Positions 38,537 through 48,480 of a stretch of DNA of 64,000 nucleotides are shown here, one piece after another. Every line of letters starts with the position of its first letter. Within the stretch, counting starts at the first letter, position 1. Source of the stretch: Oligoflexia bacterium (lineage in GTDB: Bacteria; Bdellovibrionota; Bdellovibrionia; JABDDW01); assembly GCA_023250675.1 (NCBI GenBank), contig JAHFAE010000004.1:120-64119 (forward strand), given 5' to 3'. The notes below the pieces were generated by a model. It did no database searches. It was given only the letters and a program-made list of their open reading frames with translations, and was not told the DNA's origin. A program made the position numbers and the translations under genes.

Positions 38537-40083
38537 GCAGTCCGTCTCCTATACCAAATTGAACCGCCACTTACAAAGATGAGAAGAGGTGCAATAAAGA
38601 CGAGGCCATAGAGGAGCAATGTTTTTTGAATGCTGGTAACTGTAATGGTAGTTCCTTCAGGCGTCTTTGGCCTTATGCTTACCAATTCTTTATCCTTAGC
38701 TAAAAAAGCCACAGAATTTAGGGCCAAATCATGATTCATGGCCGCATCAATAAGTTGGTTTGAAAGAAAATCACTATCCCCCGCTACAACGGCTTGAAAT
38801 TCTTTAGGTGCAGGCTTGCCCGCTTCTTCTTTAAGTTTGCCAATAGCCGATGCAACGATGGTCAGTGGGCCTTGTTCGTCTTGCCCGGGAATTTGCCGAA
38901 CCTGTTCGCCTTTTAATTCAGCTTTACTAAAACTTCGCGGAGAAGATCTGACTAAATCTTCAATAGTGATTCCGTCTGGTTTACCAGAGAGTGGTTTGAG
39001 CTGACTTGCTAGATAAAACACGGTCATGGCGTTAAAACCTTTAGTGATTTCACTGGTATTTGAATAGCTGGCCCCAATGGCCATGGCAGCGCTTTGCCCC
39101 ATGAGTTGACCTAATTGGTCGATGATAAAGTTATTTTTAAATTCTATGCCAACCATTTGAGCTAGTTTAGTCACATTGGATTTTGTATCAGGGTCTAAAG
39201 CTAAAAATAATTTCCCGCCGTTGTAGAGATACTCTCTTACTGCAGCAATTTCTGGATCAAAATAGGGATGCTTGGGGCCCGCTATAACAAGAAGGGCCGC
39301 ATCTTCGGGAACCTTTGTTTGCTCCGTAAAGCTTAAAGTTTTAATATCGTAACTCGAATCGGTCATGTACTTTTTAAAAGTACCCAGGCCATTGGGTTCA
39401 GAAACTTCGATGTCATGCTCCCCGTGGCCTTTGACCACATAGACGATCTTATTTTTATCTCGTGTGATTTTAATAAGCGCATTTGTAAAACCTTGTTCTG
39501 TGAGATCTTCAACACGAGCTTTTCTTGTTTTGTATTCGATCATCACAGTGCCAAAAGAAGTGACCTCGTAAGTTTTAGCGATGTCGGGTCGTTTCACAGG
39601 ATTAAATGAAGTAAATTTCACATGAGTCGTCTGTGCGGCGTAAAGATCAGTAAGGCTTTTAAATCGATCCCCCTCACCACCTGAGACCATTTGGTTATCA
39701 TTAAAAAACCCACGCACTTGAACATCGTCGTCGAGATTTTTTAAAATCTTAGTTGTTTGCTCAGAGATAGAGTGGAGTTTTTCTTTTGTAAAATCAAATT
39801 TTTTCACATGACGGTAACTAATAAAATTTACTCCTACTAAAATGCCCGTGACAATAAGGACCAGTGCACCGAGATTGAGCCCATGCTTTGTTGTCCTTTG
39901 GCCCGCCAATTCTGTGAAAAACTTTATGTCTTTAAAGATGGCCGCCAAAATACAAGCAACCCCTAGGCCCAAAATAACCCAGACAATGGGCATGAGGTTT
40001 CCACCTAGCGCTCGCATGGCAATGAACCAACAAATTAGAAAGATAAAACCCAAAAATAAAAGGACTCGGCTTAATCGACTCAT
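38533..40083 (-). CDS. gldG: GldG-family ABC-associated auxiliary protein
   Basis: DFTKEKLHSIS.QT.KIL..L, GHGE, LLVIAGP, GG.L...LDP, GDSDFLSN, N.DL..N...L. Confidence 0.8.
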   Translation of the reverse strand: MSRLSRVLLFLGFIFLICWFIAMRALGGNLMPIVWVILGLGVACILAAIFKDIKFFTELAGQRTTKHGLNLGALVLIVTGILVGVNFISYRHVKKFDFTKEKLHSISEQTTKILKNLDDDVQVRGFFNDNQMVSGGEGDRFKSLTDLYAAQTTHVKFTSFNPVKRPDIAKTYEVTSFGTVMIEYKTRKARVEDLTEQGFTNALIKITRDKNKIVYVVKGHGEHDIEVSEPNGLGTFKKYMTDSSYDIKTLSFTEQTKVPEDAALLVIAGPKHPYFDPEIAAVREYLYNGGKLFLALDPDTKSNVTKLAQMVGIEFKNNFIIDQLGQLMGQSAAMAIGASYSNTSEITKGFNAMTVFYLASQLKPLSGKPDGITIEDLVRSSPRSFSKAELKGEQVRQIPGQDEQGPLTIVASAIGKLKEEAGKPAPKEFQAVVAGDSDFLSNQLIDAAMNHDLALNSVAFLAKDKELVSIRPKTPEGTTITVTSIQKTLLLYGLVFIAPLLIFVSGGSIWYRRRTA

Positions 40084-40086
40084 AAT

Positions 40087-40854
40087 CTACCTCCACCTTG
40101 CGCTTTCAAGAACTCGTTGACTTAAAAAGCAAAAGAAAAATGCCATGCTCACGTAATAAATGACTCCACTGGTGTCTATAATGCCTTTGGTGAAATCAGC
40201 ATAATGCCCAACGATAGATAGGTAATTAAATACAGTTTGACCCATGGCACTCTCCATACTCGCCCCTGCCCAACCAATGACCCAAAAAAACATTTCAATA
40301 ACAAAAGCGACTATGAAAGCGATGATGGCACTTTCAGTTAAACTAGACGCGAAAATCCCAATGGCCACATACACACTGGTGAGTAATCCTAAACCCAAGA
40401 AAGTTGTCAAAATGGGCCCTTTATCAAAGTGCCCAAAAAACGAAGTGACTATTGGGTAAAGCGCAAGAGTACCGATGATGGTCCAAACAATTCCAAGTCC
40501 TGCTATAAATTTTCCTGCGACAATTTGCCCTGCTGTCAAAGGAGAGGTCATAAGTAAGTCTAAGGTGCGATTTTTTCTTTCTTCGGCAAAAAGTCGCATC
40601 GTCAGAGCTGGGATCATTATAAGTAAAATGACATTGACGTTACTAAAGTGGGGCGCAAAAACATATTCATTAAGACTAAAACTCTGATGGTTGCCCTGGG
40701 CCATCATCTGATATTGGTTATTGGCAAAATAGACAAAGACGTTAAAAAACATCCAACTCATGAGCATCATAAATAGGCCTGCGGCCACATAGGCGACAAG
40801 GCCCGTGAAGTAAGATTTAAAGTCTCGATTGGCAATGTAAAGTATTTTTGTCAT
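40087..40854 (-). CDS. ABC-2 permease, GldF-like
   Basis: PALTMRLFAEERK..TL.LL.T.P, IGIFASSLT, S...HY..F..G.ID. Confidence 0.88.
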   Translation of the reverse strand: MTKILYIANRDFKSYFTGLVAYVAAGLFMMLMSWMFFNVFVYFANNQYQMMAQGNHQSFSLNEYVFAPHFSNVNVILLIMIPALTMRLFAEERKNRTLDLLMTSPLTAGQIVAGKFIAGLGIVWTIIGTLALYPIVTSFFGHFDKGPILTTFLGLGLLTSVYVAIGIFASSLTESAIIAFIVAFVIEMFFWVIGWAGASMESAMGQTVFNYLSIVGHYADFTKGIIDTSGVIYYVSMAFFFCFLSQRVLESARWR

Positions 40855-41795
40855 AGGGTTGCTCCTTGCTGAGCGACATCGGTAGTCGTTAGTTTCAAGA
40901 AAATATCTTCTAAGCTGACATCTATTGAACGAAACTCCATAAGGCCTGCTCCTGATTTTACAATGGCCTCAGCCAGCATTTCGTTAGAGTCATCGTTTTT
41001 GTCTAACTCTACTTCATAAGAATTTCCTGCTGTCCCTGGACGAATTCCTTTTACACCCACTATTTTTTTAACTTGAGCTTCAAAATCACCTGTGCGCCTG
41101 ATTTTCACATAAAATCTTCTCGTAGAAGTCATGCGTTTACTAAGACCTTCAAAAGTATCTTCGGCAGCAATTTCACCTTTATTGATAATAATAATTCTTT
41201 GGCAAGTGGCGGTCACTTCGGGCAAAACATGGGTGGACAAAACAACGGTGTGATCACCAGATAATTCTTTAATGAGATTTCTGATTTCAATAACCTGTTT
41301 TGGATCAAGGCCAACTGTGGGCTCGTCTAAAATCAAAACATCAGGATTATGCACAAGAGCTTGAGCCACACCGACTCGTTGACGAAACCCTTTTGATAGA
41401 TTGCCAATAAGGCGCTTTTGAACTTGCCCCAGATTTGCTTTTTCAATGGCGCGCGCTACACCCGGTTCAATTTGGGAACTGGGCAAACCCTTAATTTGGG
41501 CAACATAGCGCAAATAATCTTTAACCAACATATCAGAATAAAGAGGTGGAGTTTCAGGCAAGTAGCCAATTCTTTTTTTAACTTCAATGGGATTTTCAAA
41601 AACATCAAAGCCAGCGATTTTAACTGAACCTGAAGTTGGCGCCATAAAACCTGTTATGATTTTCATGGTGGTCGTTTTGCCAGCACCGTTGGGGCCAAGA
41701 AACCCAATAATTTCACCTTTTTTTACTGAAAAGTTCAGATTGTGTATGGCGTTGATTGACCCGTACCGTTTGGTCAGATTTGATATCTCAATCAT
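40851..41795 (-). CDS. ABC transporter ATP-binding protein, GldA-like
   Basis: GPNGAGKTT, LSKGFRQR, LILDEPT.GLDP, STH. Confidence 0.93.
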   Translation of the reverse strand: MIEISNLTKRYGSINAIHNLNFSVKKGEIIGFLGPNGAGKTTTMKIITGFMAPTSGSVKIAGFDVFENPIEVKKRIGYLPETPPLYSDMLVKDYLRYVAQIKGLPSSQIEPGVARAIEKANLGQVQKRLIGNLSKGFRQRVGVAQALVHNPDVLILDEPTVGLDPKQVIEIRNLIKELSGDHTVVLSTHVLPEVTATCQRIIIINKGEIAAEDTFEGLSKRMTSTRRFYVKIRRTGDFEAQVKKIVGVKGIRPGTAGNSYEVELDKNDDSNEMLAEAIVKSGAGLMEFRSIDVSLEDIFLKLTTTDVAQQGATL

Positions 41796-41862
41796 AGGCA
41801 CCCTCTCTCAAAAGATGATTTTCTGAATCAATCTAGGTAAGGGCCAAGCGAGAGTCAAGTAC

Positions 41863-43101
41863 TCAACTCACCTCAAATTCGACGGTTTTATACACAACGC
41901 GTCTTACTTTTTCGCGCTCCACGTTAACGCGACCAGGCATGGCGCCCTTGGGCTTTTTCACAAACTTTCGAGGGACCACGATAAAGTCTAATTTCTGCCC
42001 TTGAACAAACGGATTTTTCTTCGCCTGGCTCAGTTTAGCAACAATGCAGCATGCTTTCTCAAGGATTTCAAAGGGAGGTTCTTTTTTCTTTGGGCCTTTT
42101 AGAATTCCATGGGCTCCTGCGTAGTCCCGCAGGTGAATCCAAAGATCTTCAGGTGCCGCCATTTTTATGAGTTCGTCGTTTTGGCTGGCGTTTCGGCCCA
42201 CCCAAAGTTCCCAATGGGGATCAAGCTGAGTTCTTGTACCGGGGAAAGCTTTGATCCTCTGAGTCTTCGGTACATTTACCGGTTCATCCCCCTTTAACTC
42301 TTTAACTCTTTCTATTTTTTTAAGAATTTCATTTCGTCTTTGCCGTGAAGACAGTAATCCCGTTTTAAGTTTTTTGATCTTATCGAATATGGAATTGTAC
42401 TGGGTTCCATCTAATTTTTCAGTTTGACCCATTTCAAGGGCTTTGGTTTTTAATTCTGCTATGAGGTTTAATGTCTCTTTCTCCTTTTCTATCTGAGCTT
42501 TGTCAAAATTCTCCAAAGCTTTTTCAAATTTAGAGACTTTTGGTTCGGTGATTTCTGGCTTTGGTGGCTTTTCAGCAAACCTGTTTTGAAATTGAATATC
42601 ATTGAGGGCCCACGAATTGACTGACTCGGGCTCGACAAAGACAACGTTTTCGTCTTCCTGAATTTTCGTAACATCTTTTGCTCTTCTGGGTGAGACTACG
42701 GATTTTCCTTCTGCTGTTAGAGAAAGTTCTTGCCCATGAGGAAAACACTTGAATTGGAGGATTTGATTTTCTACGCCATTGGAGAATTCAATGCGCAAGG
42801 TTCGATTAGGTTTTTGAGCCACTTCAATTTTTTGAAGCCTTGAACCAACACAATGAGCGCGCAAAAAATTACTCACTGGAGTCGGTTTGTTTTTTAACTT
42901 AATTTTTGTCGAATCCGTTGACAGGAAAAAGGGCTGACTAGGTGTGAGATCTACGACCAGGATTTTTGTGATTCCCGGCATTCGAAAAAAAAGTGCATGA
43001 CGAGTCAAATTCCAACTTGATGCCTCTTGGAGTGAAGTTCCTTTTAACTGTTGAAGTTCTTCACAGAGTTCGTAAATGTCGCCATACGCCAAAATTCCCA
43101 T
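41863..43101 (-). CDS. NFACT-family (RqcH/FbpA-like) RNA-binding protein
   Basis: N-terminal NFACT-N-like (NRTLRIEF), C-terminal NFACT-R GRNA.QND....A..DLWIH.....GAH. Confidence 0.8.
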   Translation of the reverse strand: MGILAYGDIYELCEELQQLKGTSLQEASSWNLTRHALFFRMPGITKILVVDLTPSQPFFLSTDSTKIKLKNKPTPVSNFLRAHCVGSRLQKIEVAQKPNRTLRIEFSNGVENQILQFKCFPHGQELSLTAEGKSVVSPRRAKDVTKIQEDENVVFVEPESVNSWALNDIQFQNRFAEKPPKPEITEPKVSKFEKALENFDKAQIEKEKETLNLIAELKTKALEMGQTEKLDGTQYNSIFDKIKKLKTGLLSSRQRRNEILKKIERVKELKGDEPVNVPKTQRIKAFPGTRTQLDPHWELWVGRNASQNDELIKMAAPEDLWIHLRDYAGAHGILKGPKKKEPPFEILEKACCIVAKLSQAKKNPFVQGQKLDFIVVPRKFVKKPKGAMPGRVNVEREKVRRVVYKTVEFEVS

Positions 43102-43177
43102 GCACTTAAGTGAATAATATTATTAAGAAAAAATCTATTAGTAACCGATTATTTCAATAGGAAGGGGTATAATTTTT

Positions 43178-43462
43178 TTGAAAAAGCAACACCTGAGAGA
43201 CCCACTTTTTGAAATCCTTGAGCGCCATATTTTTCGTGCCGCTAATGAACTAGAGAAATCAGGCCAAATGGTTCAAGACGTCATAAATGAGTACCTTCAG
43301 TTCTTGAGTTCTCAGGGTGTCCATATTCCGGGACCTGTTAAAGGCATTTTTATTGAAGATCTAAGAGAAGAAATTAAGGAATTAACACTTAAAAGGACCG
43401 TGGGAGTTTTTGTCGATTGCCCACCACCAGTTCTTAAGAATCACCGTTTAAAACCCCAATAG
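43178..43462 (+). CDS. Small hypothetical protein
   Basis: TTG start after a TATAAT-like box; helical, non-random composition. Confidence 0.6.
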   Translation: MKKQHLRDPLFEILERHIFRAANELEKSGQMVQDVINEYLQFLSSQGVHIPGPVKGIFIEDLREEIKELTLKRTVGVFVDCPPPVLKNHRLKPQ

Positions 43463-43589
43463 AAAAGTTATTCCGGGCATCTACCCAAGAATCCGAGCGA
43501 CATCGGATTCATTACTGCTTCTACGACAAGATACGTTCAACTTCAATTTCACGCAACGTTCTTGAGTAGAAGCCCAGAGTGTAACCTTT
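43463..43589 (-). ncRNA. Candidate structured RNA or inverted-repeat element
   Basis: Arms gggcatctacccaagaa (43475-43491) and ttcttgagtagaagccc (43559-43575) pair (15/17, one extra G-U on the minus strand); internal hairpin gaatccga/tcggattc. Confidence 0.3.
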
Positions 43590-43708
43590 GAGCTTCCAAG
43601 CTCGACTAGGTCTTATTCAAAATCTATGCTGAGCCTTAGTTGCTTATTGTGGAATTGGCAGATTTTTAGGACCAAAAACTGTCATTCAAAGACGAATTTT
43701 GTGGAGGC

Positions 43709-43740
43709 AAAAAAATGCCGGTTCCCTTGTGAGAACCGGC
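43709..43740 (-). terminator. Rho-independent terminator of the 43799-45163 gene
   Basis: Minus strand GCCGGTTC-TCACAAGG-GAACCGGC-ATTTTTTT. Confidence 0.8.
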
Positions 43741-43798
43741 TAAGAGGAGAGAGAAGGATCTTTCGCCATCCATAGCGAAACTTTAAATACTTAGTTAA

Positions 43799-45163
43799 TC
43801 AACCGCCTACTGGTGCACGAGGGGCTGGGGCTTGTGCAGGTGCTGCTGGTTTTGGTGCAGGAGCTACGGTTGTTTTGGGAGCCGGCGCGGGGGCCGCTGC
43901 TGTTGCTGGTGCGGACGCAGCTTTTGCGGGGGCTGCCGCAGGTGCCGGAGCTTCAACTTTTGCAGTAGGTGTAATCCCTTGCTCTTCATCATCGAAATCG
44001 GGATCAGTTGCTGTAGTGACTACGGGGCCTGGCACCTCTGGTGCCGCCGGAGCTGCTGGTGCTGAAGCTTCAGGAGCTTTCCCTGAAGGAACCACAACAG
44101 GAACTTTCACATTGGGAATTTGGCCTTTTTGATTCTTATCAGTAACCAACTTAGAAGCTCCAATTTTATTTAGATCAAGACTGAGGTTGCCAATGTCATC
44201 GGGTGAAATTTTGACGTCCATTTGAACCGTACTATCTAGCTCTTTTTCAGTCGATGCTGACAAGTAAATGGAAAAACCAGATTCGGTTGCAATAAATTTA
44301 GCGTCTGGAGCTAACGATTTTGACTTCTTAAGATCAAAAACTTTACCGTCTTTGTCTGACACTACACCGTCAATGATGGTTGTTGAAGTCAAGGTGGTCC
44401 TGACATTGCTATCGGTAGCTTTGCAATCAGATGTCGTACCAATAGTCGTACTATTAGAAGTTGCTCTAACAGATGAAATACAAACAATTGATGTGGACAC
44501 TATTTTAGATACTGTTCTAGAGGTGTCATTTGAGAGCCCCTTTGCCATTAAAAGGTTTTGAAATTTGGAAACTGCATGAGTTTTGCCATCAGTTAAAGTG
44601 ATAAGAGCCACCATCGCTGCACCCCAAACGCCATCTTGCTTTGGAACGGTTAACGAAACTGGCAAGTCGGCTTTGAGATCAATTCGACCTTGGAGTTCTG
44701 TTCCATTTATATTGATAGTGTTCAAGATGATGTGGGTACAAGCTAGTAAACCTTTAGAAACATCAGCTTTTACATCGGCACAAGTAAAATCCCCTGCAAA
44801 GTCACCGGCAATTTTACCAACGGCTTTTCCTTTGTTAGCCTTATCATCGTAAGCCAGGGTTACTGATCTTTCTGTAGCCACATTTTTCAGAGTCCAAGTC
44901 AAAATAAGCACTCGGTGGGTCATATCGGGCTGAACGATAACGTTATCTAACCCAACACTTAAATCTCTATCATTAGTTACAGTTGGAGGTGGCACTGATC
45001 CATCAGGAAGCGGTTTTGGCTCAGGAACTGTGGTTTGAGGACCAACTCCCCCGTTGCCTTTTGCTTGGCTCACCGGATTTGGAGATCGACGCTGAGGCTG
45101 GCAACCAGCTACAAACACCAATATCATCAAAACAGAAAAACTAGTTACAAGAACTTTGTTCAT
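43799..45163 (-). CDS. Lipoprotein with Thr/Ser/Asp-rich beta region and Pro/Ala-rich tail
   Basis: Lipobox VAGC; C-terminal APAAAPAKAASAPA repeats. Confidence 0.8.
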   Translation of the reverse strand: MNKVLVTSFSVLMILVFVAGCQPQRRSPNPVSQAKGNGGVGPQTTVPEPKPLPDGSVPPPTVTNDRDLSVGLDNVIVQPDMTHRVLILTWTLKNVATERSVTLAYDDKANKGKAVGKIAGDFAGDFTCADVKADVSKGLLACTHIILNTININGTELQGRIDLKADLPVSLTVPKQDGVWGAAMVALITLTDGKTHAVSKFQNLLMAKGLSNDTSRTVSKIVSTSIVCISSVRATSNSTTIGTTSDCKATDSNVRTTLTSTTIIDGVVSDKDGKVFDLKKSKSLAPDAKFIATESGFSIYLSASTEKELDSTVQMDVKISPDDIGNLSLDLNKIGASKLVTDKNQKGQIPNVKVPVVVPSGKAPEASAPAAPAAPEVPGPVVTTATDPDFDDEEQGITPTAKVEAPAPAAAPAKAASAPATAAAPAPAPKTTVAPAPKPAAPAQAPAPRAPVGG

Positions 45164-45209
45164 TTTATCTCTCCTATGGTCCTATCAAAGTGGACGCCAA
45201 GCCCTTATG

Positions 45210-45225
45210 AGCAAAGGCCACGCCA
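45210..45225 (-). promoter_or_regulatory. Sigma-54 promoter
   Basis: Minus strand TGGCGTGGCCTTTGCT, 47 nt before ATG 45163. Confidence 0.65.
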
Positions 45226-45425
45226 AACCTAAAACCCATAGAACTCATTTAAAATGACCTAATATGGATTTAAGGCCTAGGGCGCGAAAAACCGTCGACA
45301 CTGAGCCGTTAACAGTCACTTTTTTTAGAGAAATTTCACGATTGATAAAACTTAATGCAGGAAAATTATTTGCACTCCACAGTCACGGTAGTAACCGTTC
45401 GAAAAGCCCCACGATCGCATTCCTA

Positions 45426-45441
45426 TGGCATATTTCGTGCT
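45426..45441 (+). promoter_or_regulatory. Sigma-54 promoter
   Basis: TGGCATATTTCGTGCT; implies the real start is ATG 45456, with an almost leaderless transcript. Confidence 0.55.
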
Positions 45442-45455
45442 TTAGATCCACTCGT

Positions 45456-46094
45456 ATGAAATTTTGGAGAAAATCAAATCAAAGTATTCTATCAATTAAG
45501 CTCATATTTTTATCTTCCATTTTATTGATGGGACTTCGGGCAGAAGCCGCGACTTGTCTGACTCTACTTAAATTCGAAGCTGGATTTAAACTTGTGTTTG
45601 AAACACATGGTTGGGATTATGGGTTGGAGTATAGAAAATGGAATACCCTCATTAAAGAATTACTCGAGAGTCAAGAAATTCCAAATTTGGATTTGCCTAA
45701 AATATTAAAGGTCTCTGACGGGATATTAGGTTTTGCTCTGGAAAATGCAATGCAGCACGGCTCCCAATACAGCAACGAGCAATACCCGCGCTATGATAGA
45801 GGGCCCAAGAGGATAATTGTAACTTTAAGTGGTCAAAGAGATGAATCAGATATTTACTTGAGTGTGTCCAATCCACAAATGAAACCATTCCCAGAAGCAT
45901 TACAAAAAGAGGTTTTTGCACCTTCTATCTTAGGTATACATATACCTGACGAGCAGCGCTGCGGATATCAGTGCAATGGATGGGCCCATAACATCATGAT
46001 TGGTTATTTACATGACCTGCCGAAAGGCTCAAGTCTAAAATGGGCAGCAGATGGAACCAATGTTACTTTCACACTTAAAATTCATATTCAATAG
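45456..46094 (+). CDS. Signal-peptide protein with GHKL/HATPase_c-like domain
   Basis: Hydrophobic signal ending RAEA; LENAMQHG (N box), LSVSNP (degenerate G1), GYQCNGWA (G2-like), GTNVTFTL. Confidence 0.55.
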   Translation: MKFWRKSNQSILSIKLIFLSSILLMGLRAEAATCLTLLKFEAGFKLVFETHGWDYGLEYRKWNTLIKELLESQEIPNLDLPKILKVSDGILGFALENAMQHGSQYSNEQYPRYDRGPKRIIVTLSGQRDESDIYLSVSNPQMKPFPEALQKEVFAPSILGIHIPDEQRCGYQCNGWAHNIMIGYLHDLPKGSSLKWAADGTNVTFTLKIHIQ

Positions 46095-46491
46095 CGCGAT
46101 GGTTCTTGTCTACAACATCGTTCGTAATTGGCTGAAGAGGTGGGGCTCAGTCACAAAAGTAAGGCAAATCGAGACAAAGTTTATCGTGACTAGCCTTCCT
46201 AGAATATCCGGTTTTGCCAGCATTAAGGCGCGAACGTAATGTTTAAACCATTTGATTTCGAGTCGTGAATGTACACAATAAATTTTTTGAGCTTATGAAG
46301 GGCCCGGTCCTTTCTAAACATTGACACATATGTGTCACAATGATGAAAAACGAATTGGTCCATAAGGGATTCTTGGATAGAAAAAAGCTAGAATCTGTCC
46401 GATGGGTTTTCCATCCCTACCATTTTACATCTATGCACCCCGCCCGTCTTTCGTAGTAGGTCCAGGGCGCTAGCGTATTCTTTCGCCTTAT

Positions 46492-46507
46492 TGGCCTAAT
46501 TCTTGTA
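46492..46507 (+). promoter_or_regulatory. Possible sigma-54 promoter (GT at -12)
   Basis: TGGCCTAATTCTTGTA upstream of ATG 46552. Confidence 0.35.
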
Positions 46508-46551
46508 CGTGGATAGTTCAGACAATTATGTGACCATTTGGAGGAATTTTC

Positions 46552-47025
46552 ATGGCAAACTTATTTTCAGTTGTACTCATTTTTGTTACACAGGCCGCTC
46601 TAGCCCAGAATAATGAATCAGGCAAAGGTCTTACAATTCCGCGAAAAATAGTCTGCTCCGTGCTTGACGAAGGCACTATGGCTAAAAATGGGCAGGTAAC
46701 GATCCTTAGTGATTTTGGAGCTGATCCGTTAGTAATTGTGAAGTCCTCGACTGAACCGCTTCTAAATTTTAGAATAGGAAGAGGTTTTGCCGCTGGCGAA
46801 TTCCATAAACAAGGTTCTGATCTGATATGTGAAAATAAGATTTCTAAAGACAAGTCCCCTTTGTATTTCGAATATTCATGCAGATACGTGAATACCACCT
46901 TCTCCCTTGCGAAGAGTCGATTTGTTTATTCAACGTCAGGCGCCTATTTCCGTGAAGTATGTAGGGATGTAATGCCGGCAGGTATGGGTGGAAACATCTG
47001 TTGGAAACTGGCAGACTGCAAATAA
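46552..47025 (+). CDS. Small exported Cys-containing hypothetical protein
   Basis: RBS GGAGG; signal ...QAALA; six Cys. Confidence 0.75.
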   Translation: MANLFSVVLIFVTQAALAQNNESGKGLTIPRKIVCSVLDEGTMAKNGQVTILSDFGADPLVIVKSSTEPLLNFRIGRGFAAGEFHKQGSDLICENKISKDKSPLYFEYSCRYVNTTFSLAKSRFVYSTSGAYFREVCRDVMPAGMGGNICWKLADCK

Positions 47026-47105
47026 TCCTGTTTCAAAACCACTTACTTTAAGCTCATCCCCACAGCAAGATAGCTAGGACTTTCAGACTTTGCCCTTTTT
47101 GCTTT

Positions 47106-48047
47106 TCACCAACTGTTAATCGGTTTTTCGTTACTTTTCATGGCGAAATTTCTATGTTCGTCATCGTCATTTAAGTATTTATCCATTTGGTCCATTCCTA
47201 ATGCTTCTATGGCTTCTCTTTGATTGCATGATCGACATAATAGCCTAAGATTATTGGCGTTGTCTCCTCCTCCTAAAGACTTCGGAATTCGATGGTCCAA
47301 TTCGATGGCGTATGCTGAGCCACATAGCTGGCACTTCCTTTTGTCTCTAGTCCAAACGTCTTTTTTCACTTGGGCTTTGGATTTTGGGTGTTTAGGTGCA
47401 GGTGCATTTCGTCCCTGCGCTGGCGCGGGTAAACTCTTGTCCCACTTCTCAAGTCCCAGGTCACAGAGTTGGTCAATGAGTTCAGAAAGCTGGAGATTTG
47501 GATTTTTATGAGCCAAGATGCCCTTTAGTTTTTGGATCTTCTTAATAAGCGTCTCTTTTGCGGTGAATTTGATTTCGACATCTTCATTAGAAATGGCTCT
47601 GATTTTTTCAAAAGGTACAACTACCGTCGTAATTTGCGAAACTATTTTTTCGGCCTCTCGTTTTGATGTCGTCTCAAGTTTTTGCAAGAGGTCAACTTTG
47701 TCTTGTCTAGAAAAGGTCTTTTGACCGGATCTCTCTTCTCTTTTAAATAAAGACTGTGCCATACCAAGATGGGTCAGAGTTAAAGTGCCATCTTCAAGTT
47801 TTTCTTCAATCTGAGGTATTTCTTTGACCAGACGCATCGCTTGAATCCTGCGGTAAGCTTGATCTTCACTGTATTTTAAAACTTTGGTGGCATACTCAAA
47901 TAGCGACCCATACTTGCTATAGAGTCTTCGTCTTTCTATCTCACGAAGATGTTGGAGTACTTGAGATAGGATTTCTCGCTCTTGATGAACGAGCTTTTGA
48001 GTCTCGTTCAAAAGAGTTTCATCAGACATTTGTTTTAAGTTATACAT
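47106..48047 (-). mobile_element. HNH endonuclease with DUF222-like N-terminal domain (multicopy-type family)
   Basis: L...ER......L.HL.EIERRRLY...Y.SLFEY....L.YSE..AYRRI.A.R; C-terminal CQLCG...ELDHRIPKSLGG.D..NNLRLLCRSCN; RBS AGGAGG. Confidence 0.8.
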
Positions 48048-48480
48048 TATAGCCTTACCTCCTGCTGAAAAAGTTCGAAAAACAAAAAAAGTTTCAACAT
48101 CTTCGCATCATCACAACGCCATGACATTATCACCGGTTCTAAAATTCAATTTTTCGACTGGCTCAATTTTCAAAGTGGGATTGAAGAGGATAGGATTTAA
48201 AAATCACCAATGGCGCACCTTCAAATCATAATCAAAAAAATGGCAAAACAAAGTAAAACCACACGATCGTCTCGCGTAAGGCAAATTAGGAATTAGAAAT
48301 ACAGGTCAAGGATTATTTTTTATTCTAGTCTTTTTCTGATCTTTTTTAAAAAAAGTAGATCAACTGCTTTACCAACAGTTTCATTTTAAAACCGTTAAAA
48401 AGAACTTTAGACGAAGACATTAAAAACAAATTTATATTTTGACTATTTGCTTCCTAGCGAAATCCTCATGATTCTTGGTT

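Noticed and set aside
45264-45455. N-terminal extensions given by the ORF track (also 14570, 12183, 22445, 28150, 28843, 52036, 54109, 54602, 58207, 60468)
   Set aside because: Downstream starts give proper signal peptides or RBS and remove overlaps with promoters or neighbouring genes
46161-46195. c-di-GMP-I riboswitch-like GGCAAA motif
   Set aside because: Lacks the downstream GACGCAAA and the GNRA-tetraloop/receptor stem
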